Notes under the pieces: generated by a model | What the model was told of the DNA's origin: nothing | Databases searched by the model: none | The model's input: the letters and a program-made list of their open reading frames with translations, nothing else | Assembly (NCBI GenBank): GCA_964016885.1 | Contig: OZ024743.1 | Coordinates: 162,564,001 to 162,628,000, forward strand | Source: Eledone cirrhosa | Lineage: Eukaryota | Reading direction: 5' to 3' | DNA: 64,000 nucleotides | Shown: piece by piece, positions 1 to 17,900 of the stretch | Layout: the number at the start of each line of letters is the position of its first letter | Numbering within the stretch: the stretch's first letter is position 1 | Program-made: the position numbers and the translations under genes

Positions 1-3000
1 ACTGTCCATTTAGATAACCAGACCACCACACTGTCAATCAGATAACCAGTCGACTACACTTTCCATTTAGATAACCAGACCACCACACTGTCCATTGAGA
101 TAACCAGACCACCACACTTTCCATTTAGATAACCAGACCACCACACTGTCCATTTAGATAACCAGACCACCACACTGTCCATTTAGATAACCAGACCACC
201 ACACTTTCCATTTAGATAACCAGACCACCACACTGTCCAAAGAGATAACCAGACCACCACACTGTCCATTTAGATAACCAGACCACCACACTGTCCATTT
301 AGATAACCAGACCACCACACTGTCCATTTAGATAACCAGACCACAACACTGTCCATTTAGATAACCAGACCACCACACTTTCCATTTAGATAACCAGACC
401 ACCACACTGTCCATTGAGATAACCAGACCACCACACTGTCCATTTAGATAACCAGACCACCACACTGACCATTTAGATAACCAGACAACCACACTGTCCA
501 TTTAGATAACCAGACCACCTCACTGTCCATTGAGATAACCAGACCACCACACTGTCCATTTAGATAACCAGACCACCACACTGTCCATTTAGATAACCAG
601 ACCACCACGCTGTCTATCAGATAACCAGACGACCACACTTTCCATTTAGATAACCAGACCACCACACTGACCCATTAGATAACCAGACCATCACACTGTC
701 CATTTAGATAACCAGACCAACACGCTGTTCATTTAGATAACCAAACCAGCACACGGACCATTTAGATCGCCAGACCACCACACTGACCATTTAGATAACC
801 ATACCACTACACTGACCATTGAAATAAAGAGACCACAACACTGACCATTTAGATAACCAGACCACCACACTGACCATTGAGATAACAAGACGACCAAACT
901 CTCCATTTAGATAACCAGACCATCACACTGACCATTTAGATAACCAGACCACCACACTGACCATTGAGATAACCAGACCACCACACTGTCCATTGATATA
1001 ATCAGACCACCACACTGTCCATTTAGATAACCAGACCATCACACTGACCATTTAGATAACCAGACCACCATATTGAACGTCTAGATAACCAGACCACCAG
1101 GCTGACCATTTAGATAACCAGACCATCACACTGACCATTGAGATAACCAGACCACCACTCTGACCATTTAGATTACCAGACCACCACACTGTCCATTTAG
1201 ATACCAAGACCACCACACTGTCCATTTAGATTACCAGACCACCACACTTTCCATTTAGATAACCAGACCACCACACTGTCCCTTTATATAACCAGACCAC
1301 CACACTTTCCGTTTAGATAACCAGACCACCACACTGTCCATTTATATAACCCGACCACCACACTGTCCATCAGATGACCTGACAACCACATTTTCCATTT
1401 AGATAACCAGACCACCACACTGTCCATTGAGATAACCAGACCACCACACTGTCCATTTAGATAACCAGACCACCACACTGTCCATTTAGATAACCAGACC
1501 ACCACACTGTCCATTTAGATAACCAGACCACCACAGTGTCTATTGAGATAACCAGACCACCACATTTTCCATTGAGATAACCAGACCACCACACTGACCA
1601 ATTAGATAACCGGACCATCACACTGTCCATTTAGATAACCAGACCACCACAGTGTCTATTGAGATAACCAGACCACCACATTTTCCATGGAGAAAAACAG
1701 ACCACCACACTGACCATTTAGATAACCAGACCACCACACTGTCCATTTAGATAACAAGACCACCACACTGACCATTTCGATAACCAGACCACCACACTGA
1801 CCATTGAGATAACCAGACCACCACACTGACCAATTAGATAACCAGAGCATCATACTGTCCAATTAGATAACCAGACCACCACACTGTCCATTTAGATAAC
1901 CAGACCACCACACTGTCCATTGAGATAACGACACCACCACACAGACCATCTAGATAACCTGACCGCCACACTGACCATTGAGATAACCAGACCACCATAC
2001 TGACCATTTAGATAACCAGACGACCACACTTTCTATTTAGATAACCAGACCACCACACTGTCCATTTATATAACCAGACCACCACACGTTCCATTTAGAT
2101 AACCAGACCACCACAATGTCCATTTATATAACCAGACCACCACACTGTCCATTGAGATAACCAGACCACCACACTGACCATCTAGATAACCAGACCACCA
2201 CACTGACCATTTAGATAACCAGACAACCACACTGACCATTTAGATAACCAGACCACCACACTGACCATTTAGATAACCAGACAACCACACTGACCATTTA
2301 GATAACCAGACCACCACACTGACCATTTAGATAACCAGACCACCACACTGTCCATTTAGATAACCAGACCACCACACTGTCCATTCAGATAACCAGACCA
2401 CCACACTGTCCATTCAGATAACCCGACCACCACACTGTCAATTGAGATAACCAGACCACCACATTGTCCATTGAGATAACCAGACCACCACACTGACGAA
2501 TTAGATAACCGGACCATCACACTGCCCATAGAGAGAACCAAGCCCCCACATTTTCCATTGAGATAACCAGACCACCACACTGACAATTTAGATAACCAGA
2601 CGACCACACTTTCCATCTAGATAACCAGACCACCACACTGACCAATTAGATAACCAGACCACCACATTGTCCATTGAGATAACCATACCACCACACTGTC
2701 CATTTAGATGACCAGACCACCACAGTGACCATTTAGATTACCAGACCACCACACTGACCATATAGATAACCAGACCACCACACTGACCATTTAGATAACC
2801 AAACCACCACACTGACCATATAGATAACCAGACAACCACACTGACCATTTAGATAACCAGACCACCACACTGACAATTTAGATAACCAGACGACCACACT
2901 TTCCATCTAGATAACCAGACCACCACACTGACCATATAGATAACCAGACCACCACACTGACCATTTAGATAACCAGACCACCACACTGTCCATTTAGATA

Positions 3001-6000
3001 ACCAGACCACCACACTGTCCATTTAGATAACCAGACCACCACACTGTCCATTTAGATAACCAGACCACCACACTGTCCATTTAGATAACCAGACCACCAC
3101 ACTGTCAATCAGATAACCAGTCGACTACACTTTCCATTTAGATAACCAGACCACCACACTGTCCATTGAGATAACCAGACCACCACACTTTCCATTTAGA
3201 TAACCAGACCACCACACTGTCCATTTAGATAACCAGACCACCACACTGTCCATTTAGATAACCAGACCACCACACTTTCCATTTAGATAACCAGACCACC
3301 ACACTGTCCAAAGAGATAACCAGACCACCACACTGTCCATTTAGATAACCAGACCACCACACTGTCCATTTAGATAACCAGACCACCACACTGTCCATTT
3401 AGATAACCAGACCACCACACTGTCCATTTAGATAACCAGACCACCACACTTTCCATTTAGATAACCAGACCACCACACTGTCCATTGAGATAACCAGACC
3501 ACCACACTGTCCATTTAGATAACCAGACCACCACACTGACCATTTAGATGACCAGACAACCACACTGTCCATTTAGATAACCAGACCACCTCACTGTCCA
3601 TTGAGATAACCAGACCACCACACTGTCCATTTAGATAACCAGACCACCACACTGTCCATTTAGATAACCAGACCACCACGCTGTCTATCAGATAACCAGA
3701 CGACCACACTTTCCATTTAGATAACCAGACCACCACACTGACCCATTAGATAACCAGACCATCACACTGTCCATTTAGATAACCAGACCAACACGCTGTT
3801 CATTTAGATAACCAAACCAGCACACGGACCATTTAGATCGCCAGACCACCACACTGACCATTTAGATAACCATACCACTACACTGACCATTGAAATAAAG
3901 AGACCACAACACTGACCATTTAGATAACCAGACCACCACACTGACCATTGAGATAACAAGACGACCAAACTCTCCATTTAGATAACCAGACCATCACACT
4001 GACCATTTAGATAACCAGACCACCACACTGACCATTGAGATAACCAGACCACCACACTGTCCATTGAGATAATCAGACCACCACACTGTCCATTTAGATA
4101 ACCAGACCACCACACTGTCCATTCAGATAACCCGACCACCACACTGTCAATTGAGATAACCAGACCACCACATTGTCCATTGAGATAACCAGACCACCAC
4201 ACTGACGAATTAGATAACCGGACCATCACACTGCCCATAGAGAGAACCAAGCCACCACATTTTCCATTGAGATAACCAGACCACCACACTGACAATTTAG
4301 ATAACCAGACGACCACACTGTCCATTTAGATAACCAGACCACCACACCGACCAATTAGATAACCAGACCACCACATTGTCCATTGAGATAACCATACCAC
4401 CACACTGTCCATTTAGATGACCAGACCACCACAGTGACCATTTAGATTACCAGACCACCACACTGACCATATAGATAACCAGACCACCACACTGACCATT
4501 TAGATAACCAAACCACCACACTGACCATATAGATAACCAGACAACCACACTGACCATTTAGATAACCAGACCACCACACTGACAATTTAGATAACCAGAC
4601 GACCACACTTTCCATCTAGATAACCAGACCACCACACTGACCAATTAGATAACCAGACCACCACATTGTCCATTGAGATAACCATTCCACCACACTGTCC
4701 ATTTAGATAACCAGACCACCACAGTGACCATTTAGATTACCAGACCACCACACTGACCATATAGATAACCAGACCACCACACTGACCATTTAGATAACCA
4801 AACCACCACACTGACCATATAGATAACCAGACCACCACACTGACCATTTAGATAACCAGACCACCACACTGACCATTTAGACAACCAGATCACCACACTG
4901 ACCATATAGATAACCAGACCACCACACTGACCATTTAGATAAGCAAACCAACACACTGACCATATAGATAACCAGACCATCACACTGACCATTTAGATAA
5001 CCAGACAACCACACTGACCATTTAGATAACCATACCACCACACTGACCATTTAGATAACCAGACCACCACACTGTCCATTTAGATAACGACGCCACAACA
5101 CTGACCAATTAGATAACCAGACCACCACACTGTCCATTTAGATAACCAGACCACCACACTGTCCATTGAGATAACGACACCACAACACTGACCAATTAGA
5201 TAACCAGACCACCACACTGACCATGTACATGACCAGACCACCAGACTAACTATTGAGATAACCAGACCACCACACTGACCATTTAGATAACCAGACCACC
5301 ACACTGACCATTGAGATAACCAGACCACCACACTGTCCGTTTAGATAACCAGACTATCACACTGTCCATTTAGATAACCAGACCACCACACTGTCCATCA
5401 GATAACCAGTCGACTACACTTTCCATTTAGATAACCAGACCATCACACTGTCCATTGAGATAACCAGACCACCACACCGTCCATTAGATGACCAGACCAC
5501 CACACTGTCCATCAGATAACCAGACCAGCACACTGTCCATTTGGATAACCAGACCAACACACTGTCCTTCAGATAACCCGAAGACCAGACTAACCATCTA
5601 GATAACCAGACCACCACACTGACCATTGAGATTACAAGACCACCACAATGACCATCAAATAACCAGACCACCACACTAACAATTTAAATAACCAAACCAC
5701 CTCACTGTCCATCAGATAACCAGACGACCACACTGACCATCTAGATAACCAGATCACCACACTGACCAATTAGATAACCAGACCACCACACTGACCATCT
5801 AGATGAGCAGACCACCACACTAACTACTGAGATCACCAGACCATCACACTGTCCATTGAGATATCCAGACCACCACACTGATCATTTAGATAACCAGACC
5901 ATCACACTGACCATTGAGATAAGCAGACAAACCACACTGACCATCTAGATAACCAAACCACCACACTGTCCATCAGATATGCAGACGACCACCCTGTCCA

Positions 6001-8049
6001 CTCAGATAACCAGACGACCACACTTCCATTTAGATAACCAGACCTCTACACTGTTCATTGAGATGACCAGACCACCACACTGCCCATTTAGATAACCAGA
6101 CCACCACACTGTCCATTTAGATATCTATACCACCACTCTCCATTGAGATAACCAGGCCACCACACTGTCCATTCAGATAATCAGACCACCACACTGACCA
6201 ATTACATAACCAGACCATCACACTGTCCATTGAGATAACCAGAGCACCAAACTTTCCATTCAGATAACCAGACCACCACACTGACCATTGCGATTACAAG
6301 ACCACCACACTGACAATTTAGATAACCAGACCACCACACTGTCCATTTAGATAACCAGACTACCACACTGACCATTTAGATAACCAGACCACCACACTGT
6401 CCATTGAGATAAACCAGACCACCACACTGTCCATTGAAATAACTAGACTACCACACTGACCATCTAGATATCCAGACCACCACACTCCCCATTCAGATAA
6501 CCAGACCACCACACTGTCCATCTAGATATCCAGACCACCACACTGACCATTGAGATGACCAGACCACCACACTCTCGATCAAATAACCAGACCACCACGC
6601 TGTCCATTGAAATAACTAGACCACCACACTGACCATTTAGATAACCAGACCACCACACTGTCCATTTAGATAACCAGTCCACCACACTGTCCATCAGATA
6701 ACCAGAGGACCACACTGACCATCTAGATAACCAGACCACTACAGTGACGATTTAGATAACCAGACCACCACACTGACCATTTAGATAACCAGACCACCAC
6801 ACTCCCCATTCAGATAACCAGACCACCACACTGTCCATCTAGATATCCAGACCACCACACTGACCATTGAGATGACCAGACCATCACACTCTCCATCAAA
6901 TAACCAGACGACCACAGTGTCCATTGAGATAACCAAACCACCACATTGTCCATTGAGATAACCAGACCACCATACTGACCATTTAGATAACCAGACCATC
7001 ACACTGACCATTGAATAACCAGAACACCACACTGACCATCTAGATAACCAGACCACCACACTGTCCATTTAGATAACCAGACTATCACACTGTCCATTTA
7101 GACAACCAGACCACCACACTGACCATTGAGATTACAAGACCACCACACTGACCATCTAGATAACCAGACCACCAGACTGTCCAATTAGATAACCAGACCA
7201 CCACACTGTCCATTAGATAACAAGACCACCACACTGACCATCTAGTTAACCAGACCACACTGACCATTGAGATGACCAGACGACCACATTTTCCGTTAAA
7301 CAACCAGACCACCACACTGTCCGTTTAGATAACCAGAGCACCACACTGTCCATTTAGATAACCAGACCACCACACTGACCCATTAGATAACCAGACCATC
7401 ACACTGTCCATTTAGATAACCAGACCACCACGCTGTTCATTTAGATAACCAAACCAGCACACGGACCATTTAGATAACCAGACCACCACACTGACCATTT
7501 AGATAACCAGACGACCAAACTCTCCATTTAGATAACCAGACCATCAGACTGACCATTTAGATAACCAGACCACCACACTGACCATTGAGATAACCAGACC
7601 ACCACACTGTCCATCAGATGACCTGACGACCACATTTTGCATTTAGATAACCAGACCACCACACTGACCATCTAGATGAGCAGACCACCACACTAACTAC
7701 TGAGATCACCAGACCATCACACTGTCCATTGAGATAACCAGACCACCACACTGTCCATTGAGATATCCAGACCACCACACTGATCATTTAGATAACCAGA
7801 CCATCACACTGACCATGGAGATAAGCAGACAAACCACACTGACCATCTAGATAACCAAACCACCACACTGTCCATCAGATATGCAGACGACCACACTGTC
7901 CACTTAGATAACCAGACCACCACATTGTCCATTTAGATAACCAGACCATCACACTGTCCATCAGATAACCAGACGACCACACTTCCATTTAGATAACCAG
8001 ACCTTCACACTGTCCATTGAGATGACCAGACCACCACACTGCCCATTTA

Positions 8050-8345
8050 GATAACCAGACCACCACACTGTCCATCAGATAATCAGACGACCACACTGTC
8101 CATTTAGATAACCAGACCACCACACTGTCCATCAGATAATCAGACGACCACACTGTCCAGTTAGATAACCAGACCACCACACTGTCCATCAGATAATCAG
8201 ACGACCACACTGTCCATTTAGATAACCAGACCACCACACTGTCCATCAGATAATCAGACGACCACACTGTCCATTTAGATAACCAGACCACCACACTGTC
8301 CATCAGATAATCAGACGACCACACTGTCCATTTAGATAACCAGAC
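8050..8345. repeat. 57-bp dimer (28+29 bp) repeated ~5 times
   Basis: Alternating CCATCAGATAATCAGACGAC and CCATTTAGATAACCAGACCAC monomers; appears as a 19-aa repeat in ORF 7989..8360. Confidence 0.9.
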
Positions 8346-8369
8346 CACCACACTGACCATTTAGATAAC

Positions 8370-9900
8370 CAGGCCACCACACTGTCCATTCAGATAATCA
8401 GACCACCACACTGACCATTGCGATTACAAGACCACCACACTGACAATTTAGATAACCAGACCACCACACTGTCCATTTAGATAACCAGACCACCACACTG
8501 ACCATTTAGATAACCAGACCACCACACTGTCCATTCAGATAACCCAACCACCACACTGTCAATTGAGATAACCAGACCACCACATTGTCCATTGAGATAA
8601 CCAGACCACCACACTGACGAATTAGATAACCGGACCATCACACTGTCCATAGAGAGAACCAAGCCACCACATTTTCCATTGAGATAACCAGACCACCACA
8701 CTGACAATTTAGATAACCAGACGACCACACTGTCCATTTAGATAACCAGACCACCACACTGTCCATCAGATAATCAGACGACCACACTGTCCATTTAGAT
8801 AACCAGACCACCACACTGACCATTTAGATAACCAGACCACCACACTGTCCATTTAGATATCTATACCACCACTCTCCATTGAGATAACCAGGCCACCACA
8901 CTGTCCATTCAGATAATCAGACCACCACACTGACCATTGCGATTACAAGACCACCACACTGACAATTTAGATAACCAGACCACCACACTGTCCATTTAGA
9001 TAACCAGACTACCACACTGACCATTTAGATAACCAGACCACCACACTGTCCATTCTGATAACCCGACCACCACACTGTCAATTGAGATAACCAGACCACC
9101 ACATTGTCCATTGAGATAACCAGACCACCACACTGACGAATTAGATAACCGGACCATCACACTGTCCATAGAGAGAACCAAGCCACCACATTTTCCATTG
9201 AGATAACCAGACCACCACACTGACAATTTAGATAACCAGACGACCACACTGTCCATTTAGATAACCAGACCACCACACTGTCCATCAGATAATCAGACGA
9301 CCACACTGTCCATTTAGATAACCAGACCACCACACTGTCCATTTAGATATCTATACCACCACTCTCCATTGAGATAACCAGGCCACGTCACTGTCCATTC
9401 AGATAATCAGACCACCACACTGACCATTGCGATTACAAGACCACCACACTGACAATTTAGATAACCAGACCACCACACTGTCCATTTAGATAACCAGATT
9501 ACCACACTGACCATTTAGATAACCAGACCACCACACTGTCCATTCAGATAACCCGACCACCACACTGTCAATTGAGATAACCAGACCACCACATTGTCCA
9601 TTGAGATAACCAGACCACCACACTGACGAATTAGATAACCGGACCATCACACTGTCCATAGAGAGAACCAAGCCACCACATTTTCCATTGAGATAACCAG
9701 ACCACCACACTGACAATTTAGATAACCAGACGACCACACTGTCCATTTAGATAACCAGACCACCACACTGTCCATCAGATAATCAGACGACCACACTGTC
9801 CATTTAGATAACCAGACCACCACACTGTCCATTTAGATATCTATACCACCACTCTCCATTGAGATAACCAGGCCACCTCACTGTCCATTCAGATAACCAT
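8370..9900. repeat. Triplicated ~490-519-bp higher-order unit (repeated at ~19730-21260)
   Basis: Near-identical ORFs at 8477, 8996 and 9486. The diagnostic variant CATAGAGAGAACCAAGCC recurs at these spacings. Confidence 0.9.
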
Positions 9901-10469
9901 ACCACCACACTGTCCATTTAGATAACCAGACCACCACATTGTCCATTGAGATAACCATACCACCACACTGTCCATTTAGATAACCAGACCACCACAGTGA
10001 CCATTTAGATTACCATACCACCACACTGACCATATAGATAACCAGACCACCACACTGACCATTTAGATAACCAGACCACCACACTGACCAAATAGATAAC
10101 CAGACCACCACACTGACCATTTAGATAACCAGACCACCACACTGACAATTTAGATAACCAGACGACCACACTTTCCATCTAGATAACCAGACCACCACAC
10201 AGACCAATTAGATAACCAGACCACCACATTGTCCATTGAGATAACCATACCACCATACTGTCCATTTAGATAACCAGACCACCACAGTGACCATTTAGAT
10301 TACCAGACCACCACGCTGACCATATAGATAACCAGACCACCACACTGACCATTTAGATAACCAGACCACCACACTGACCATATAGATAACCAGACCACCA
10401 CACTGACCATTTAGATAACCAGACCACCACACTGACCATTTAGACAACCAGATCACCACACTGACCATA

Positions 10470-13400
10470 TAGATAACCAGACCACCACACTGACCATTTA
10501 GATAAGCAAACCAACACACTGACCATATAGATAACCAGACCACCACACTGACCATTTAGATAACCAGACAACCACACTGACCATTTAGATAACCATACCA
10601 CCACACTGACCATTTAGATAACCAGACCACCACACTGTCCATTTAGATAACCAGACCACCACACTGCCCATTGAGATAACGACACCACAACACTGACCAA
10701 TTAGATAACCAGACCACCACACTGACCATGTACATGACCAGACCACCACACTAACTATTGAGATAACCAGACCACCACACTGACCATTTAGATAACCAGA
10801 CCACCATACTGACCATTGAGATAACCAGACCACCACACTGTCCATTTAGATAACCAGACTATCACACTGTCCATTTAGATAACCAGACCACGACACTGTC
10901 CATCAGATAACCAGTCCACTACACTTTCCATTTAGATAACCAGACCATCACACTGTCCATTGAGATAACCAGACCACCACACCGTCCATTAGATAACCAG
11001 ACCACCACACTGACCATTGAGATGACCAGACCACCACACTGTCAATCAGATAACCAGACCAGCACACTGTCCATTTGGATAACCAGACCAACACACTGTC
11101 CTTCAGATAACCCGAAGACCAGACTAACCATCTAGATAACCAGACCACCACACTGACCATTGAGATTACAAGACCACCACAATGACCATCAAATAACCAG
11201 ACCACCACACTAACAATTTAGATAACCAAACCACCTCACTGTCCATCAGATAACCAGACGACCACACTGACCATCTAGATAACCAGATCACCACACTGAC
11301 CGATTAGATAACCAGACCACCACACTGACCATCTAGATGAGCAGACCACCACACTAACTACTGAGATCACCAGACCCTCACACTGTCCATTGAGATATCC
11401 AGACCACCACACTGATCATTTAGATAACCAGACCATCACACTGACTATTGAGATAAGCAGACAAACCACACTGACCATCTAGATAACCAAACCACCACAC
11501 TGTCCATCAGATATGCAGACGACCACACTGTCCACTCAGATAACCAGACGACCACACTTCCATTTAGATAACCAGACCTTCACACTGTTCATTGAGATGA
11601 CCAGACCACCACACTGCCCATTTAGATAACCAGACCACCACACTGTCCATTTAGATATCTATACCACCACTCTCCATTGAGATAACCAGGCCACCACACT
11701 GTCCATTCAGATAATCAGACCACCACACTGACCAATTACATAACCAGACCATCACACTGTCCATTGAGATAACCAGAGCACCACACTTTCCATTCAGATA
11801 ACCAGACCACCACACTGACCATTGCGATTACAAGACCACCACACTGACAATTTAGATAACCAGACCACCACACTGTCCATTTAGATAACCAGACTACCAC
11901 ACTGACCATTTAGATAACCAGACCACCACACTGTCCATTGAGATAAACCAGACCACCACACTGTCCATTGAAATAACTAGACTACCACACTGACCATCTA
12001 GATAACCAGACCACCACACTCCCCATTCAGATAACCAGACCACCACACTGTCCATCTAGATATCCAGACCACCACACTGACCATTGAGATGACCAGACCA
12101 CCACACTCTCGATCAAATAACCAGACCACCACGCTGTCCATTGAAATAATTAGACCACCACACTGACCATTTAGATAACCAGACCACCACACTGTCCATT
12201 TAGATAAGCAGTCCACCACACTGTCCATCAGATGACCAGAGGACCACACTGACCATCTAGATAACCAGACCACTACACTGACGATTTAGATAACCAGACC
12301 ACCACACTGACCATTTAGATAACCAGACCACCACACTCCCCATTCAGATAACCAGACCACCACACTGTCCATCTAGATATCCAGACCACCACACTGACCA
12401 TTGAGATGACCAGACCATCACACTCTCCATCAAATAACCAGACGACCACAGTGTCCATTGAGATAACCAAACCACCACATTGTCCATTGAGATAACCAGA
12501 CCACCACACTGACCATTTAGATAACCAGACCATCACACTGACCATTGAATAACCAGAACACCACACTGACCATCTAGATAACCATACCACCACACTGTCC
12601 ATTTAGATAACCAGACTATCACACTGTCCATTTAGACAACCAGACCACCACACTGACCATTGAGATTACAAGACCACCACACTGACCATATAGATAACCA
12701 GACCACCACACTGACCATTTAGATAAGCAAACCAACACACTGACCATATAGATAACCAGACCACCACACTGACCATTTAGATAACCAGACAACCACACTG
12801 ACCATTTAGATAACCATACCACCACACTGACCATTTAGATAACCAGACCACCACACTGTCCATTTAGATAACCAGACCACCACACTGCCCATTGAGATAA
12901 CGACACCACAACACTGACCAATTAGATAACCAGACCACCACACTGACCATGTACATGACCAGACCACCACACTAACTATTGAGATAACCAGACCACCACA
13001 CTGACCATTTAGATAACCAGACCACCATACTGACCATTGAGATAACCAGACCACCACACTGTCCATTTAGATAACCAGACTATCACACTGTCCATTTAGA
13101 TAACCAGACCACCACACTGTCCATCAGATAACCAGTCCACTACACTTTCCATTTAGATAACCAGACCATCACACTGTCCATTGAGATAACCAGACCACCA
13201 CACCGTCCATTAGATAACCAGACCACCACACTGACCATTGAGATGACCAGACCACCACACTGTCAATCAGATAACCAGACCAGCACACTGTCCATTTGGA
13301 TAACCAGACCAACACACTGTCCTTCAGATAACCCGAAGACCAGACTAACCATCTAGATAACCAGACCACCACACTGACCATTGAGATTACAAGACCACCA

Positions 13401-14900
13401 CAATGACCATCAAATAACCAGACCACCACACTAACAATTTAGATAACCAAACCACCTCACTGTCCATCAGATAACCAGACGACCACACTGACCATCTAGA
13501 TAACCAGATCACCACACTGACCGATTAGATAACCAGACCACCACACTGACCATCTAGATGAGCAGACCACCACACTAACTACTGAGATCACCAGACCCTC
13601 ACACTGTCCATTGAGATATCCAGACCACCACACTGATCATTTAGATAACCAGACCATCACACTGACTATTGAGATAAGCAGACAAACCACACTGACCATC
13701 TAGATAACCAAACCACCACACTGTCCATCAGATATGCAGACGACCACACTGTCCACTCAGATAACCAGACGACCACACTTCCATTTAGATAACCAGACCT
13801 TCACACTGTTCATTGAGATGACCAGACCACCACACTGCCCATTTAGATAACCAGACCACCACACTGTCCATTTAGATATCTATACCACCACTCTCCATTG
13901 AGATAACCAGGCCACCACACTGTCCATTCAGATAATCAGACCACCACACTGACCAATTACATAACCAGACCATCACACTGTCCATTGAGATAACCAGAGC
14001 ACCACACTTTCCATTCAGATAACCAGACCACCACACTGACCATTGCGATTACAAGACCACCACACTGACAATTTAGATAACCAGACCACCACACTGTCCA
14101 TTTAGATAACCAGACTACCACACTGACCATTTAGATAACCAGACCACCACACTGTCCATTGAGATAAACCAGACCACCACACTGTCCATTGAAATAACTA
14201 GACTACCACACTGACCATCTAGATAACCAGACCACCACACTCCCCATTCAGATAACCAGACCACCACACTGTCCATCTAGATATCCAGACCACCACACTG
14301 ACCATTGAGATGACCAGACCACCACACTCTCGATCAAATAACCAGACCACCACGCTGTCCATTGAAATAATTAGACCACCACACTGACCATTTAGATAAC
14401 CAGACCACCACACTGTCCATTTAGATAAGCAGTCCACCACACTGTCCATCAGATAACCAGAGGACCACACTGACCATCTAGATAACCAGACCACTACACT
14501 GACGATTTAGATAACCAGACCACCACACTGACCATTTAGATAACCAGACCACCACACTCCCCATTCAGATAACCAGACCACCACACTGTCCATCTAGATA
14601 TCCAGACCACCACACTGACCATTGAGATGACCAGACCATCACACTCTCCATCAAATAACCAGACGACCACAGTGTCCATTGAGATAACCAAACCACCACA
14701 TTGTCCATTGAGATAACCAGACCACCACACTGACCATTTAGATAACCAGACCATCACACTGACCATTGAATAACCAGAACACCACACTGACCATCTAGAT
14801 AACCATACCACCACACTGTCCATTTAGATAACCAGACTATCACACTGTCCATTTAGACAACCAGACCACCACACTGACCATTGAGATTACAAGACCACCA
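10470..14900. repeat. 2,221-bp tandem duplication nested in the 11.36-kb block (repeated at ~21830-26260)
   Basis: Offsets of 2,221 for 10585/12806, 10948/13169, 11998/14219, 12315/14536. Boundaries are approximate. Confidence 0.9.
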
Positions 14901-17900
14901 CACTGACCATCTAGATAACCAGACTACCAGACTGTCCAATTAGATAACCAGACCACCACACTGTCCATTAGGTAACAAGACCACCATACTGACCATCTAG
15001 TTAACCAGACCACACTGACCATTGAGATGACCAGACGACCACATTTTCCGTTAAACAACCAGACCACCACACTGTCCGTTTAGATAACCAGAGCACCACA
15101 CTGTCCATTTAGATAACCAGACCACCACACTGACCCATTAGATAACCAGACCATCACACTGTCCATTTAGATAACCAGACCACCACGCTGTTCATTTAGA
15201 TAACCAAACCAGCACACGGACCATTTAGATAACCAGACCACCACACTGACCATTTAGATAACCAGACGACCAAACTCTCCATTTAGATAACCAGACCATC
15301 AGACTGACCATTTAGATAACCAGACCACCACACTGACCATTGAGATAACCAGACTACCACACTGTCCATCAGATGACCTGACGACCACATTTTGCATTTA
15401 GATAACCAGACCACCACACTGACCATCTAGATGAGCAGACCACCACACTAACTACTGAGATCACCAGACCATCACACTGTCCATTGAGATAACCAGACCA
15501 CCACACTGTCCATTGAGATATCCAGACAACCACACTGATCATTTAGATAACCAGACCATCACACTGACCATGGAGATAAGCAGACAAACCACACTGACCA
15601 TCTAGATAACCAAACCACCACACTGTCCGTCAGTTATGCAGACGACCACACTGTCCACTTAGATAACCAGACCACCACACTGTCCATCAGATAACCAGAC
15701 GACCACACTGTCCATTTAGATAACCAGACCACCACACTGTCCATCAGATAATCAGACGACCACACTGTCCATTTAGATAACCAGACCACCACACTGTCCA
15801 TCAGATAATCAGACGACCACACTGTCCATTTAGATAACCAGACTACCACACTGACCATTTAGATAACCAGACTACCACACTGTCCATTTAGATAACCAGA
15901 CTACCACACTGACCAATTATATAACCAGACCATCACACTGTCCATTGAGATAACCAGGCCACCACACTGTCCATTCAGATAACCAGACCACCACACTGAC
16001 CATTGCGATTACTAGACCACCACACTGACAATTTAAATAACCATTCCACCACACTGTCCATTTAGATAACCAGACCACCACAGTGACCATTTAGATTACC
16101 AGACCACCACACTGACCATATAGATAACCAGACCACCACACTGACCATTTAGATAACCAAACCACCACACTGACCATATAGATAACCAGACCACCACACT
16201 GACCATTTAGATAACCAGACCACCACACTGACCATTTAGACAACCAGATCACCACACTGACCATATAGATAACCAGACCACCACACTGACCATTTAGATA
16301 AGCAAACCAACACACTGACCATATAGATAACCAGACCATCACACTGACCATTTAGATAACCAGACAACCACACTGACCATTTAGATAACCATACCACCAC
16401 ACTGACCATTTAGATAACCAGACCACCACACTGTCCATTTAGATAACGACGCCACAACACTGACCAATTAGATAACCAGACCACCACACTGTCCATTTAG
16501 ATAACCAGACCACCACACTGTCCATTGAGATAACGACACCACAACACTGACCAATTAGATAACCAGACCACCACACTGACCATGTACATGACCAGACCAC
16601 CAGACTAACTATTGAGATAACCAGACCACCACACTGACCATTTAGATAACCAGACCACCACACTGACCATTGAGATAACCAGACCACCACACTGTCCGTT
16701 TAGATAACCAGACTATCACACTGTCCATTTAGATAACCAGACCACCACACTGTCCATCAGATAACCAGTCGACTACACTTTCCATTTAGATAACCAGACC
16801 ATCACACTGTCCATTGAGATAACCAGACCACCACACCGTCCATTAGATGACCAGACCACCACACTGTCCATCAGATAACCAGACCAGCACACTGTCCATT
16901 TGGATAACCAGACCAACACACTGTCCTTCAGATAACCCGAAGACCAGACTAACCATCTAGATAACCAGACCACCACACTGACCATTGAGATTACAAGACC
17001 ACCACAATGACCATCAAATAACCAGACCACCACACTAACAATTTAAATAACCAAACCACCTCACTGTCCATCAGATAACCAGACGACCACACTGACCATC
17101 TAGATAACCAGATCACCACACTGACCAATTAGATAACCAGACCACCACACTGACCATCTAGATGAGCAGACCACCACACTAACTACTGAGATCACCAGAC
17201 CATCACACTGTCCATTGAGATATCCAGACCACCACACTGATCATTTAGATAACCAGACCATCACACTGACCATTGAGATAAGCAGACAAACCACACTGAC
17301 CATCTAGATAACCAAACCACCACACTGTCCATCAGATATGCAGACGACCACCCTGTCCACTCAGATAACCAGACGACCACACTTCCATTTAGATAACCAG
17401 ACCTCTACACTGTTCATTGAGATGACCAGACCACCACACTGCCCATTTAGATAACCAGACCACCACACTGTCCATTTAGATATCTATACCACCACTCTCC
17501 ATTGAGATAACCAGGCCACCACACTGTCCATTCAGATAATCAGACCACCACACTGACCAATTACATAACCAGACCATCACACTGTCCATTGAGATAACCA
17601 GAGCACCAAACTTTCCATTCAGATAACCAGACCACCACACTGACCATTGCGATTACAAGACCACCACACTGACAATTTAGATAACCAGACCACCACACTG
17701 TCCATTTAGATAACCAGACTACCACACTGACCATTTAGATAACCAGACCACCACACTGTCCATTGAGATAAACCAGACCACCACACTGTCCATTGAAATA
17801 ACTAGACTACCACACTGACCATCTAGATATCCAGACCACCACACTCCCCATTCAGATAACCAGACCACCACACTGTCCATCTAGATATCCAGACCACCAC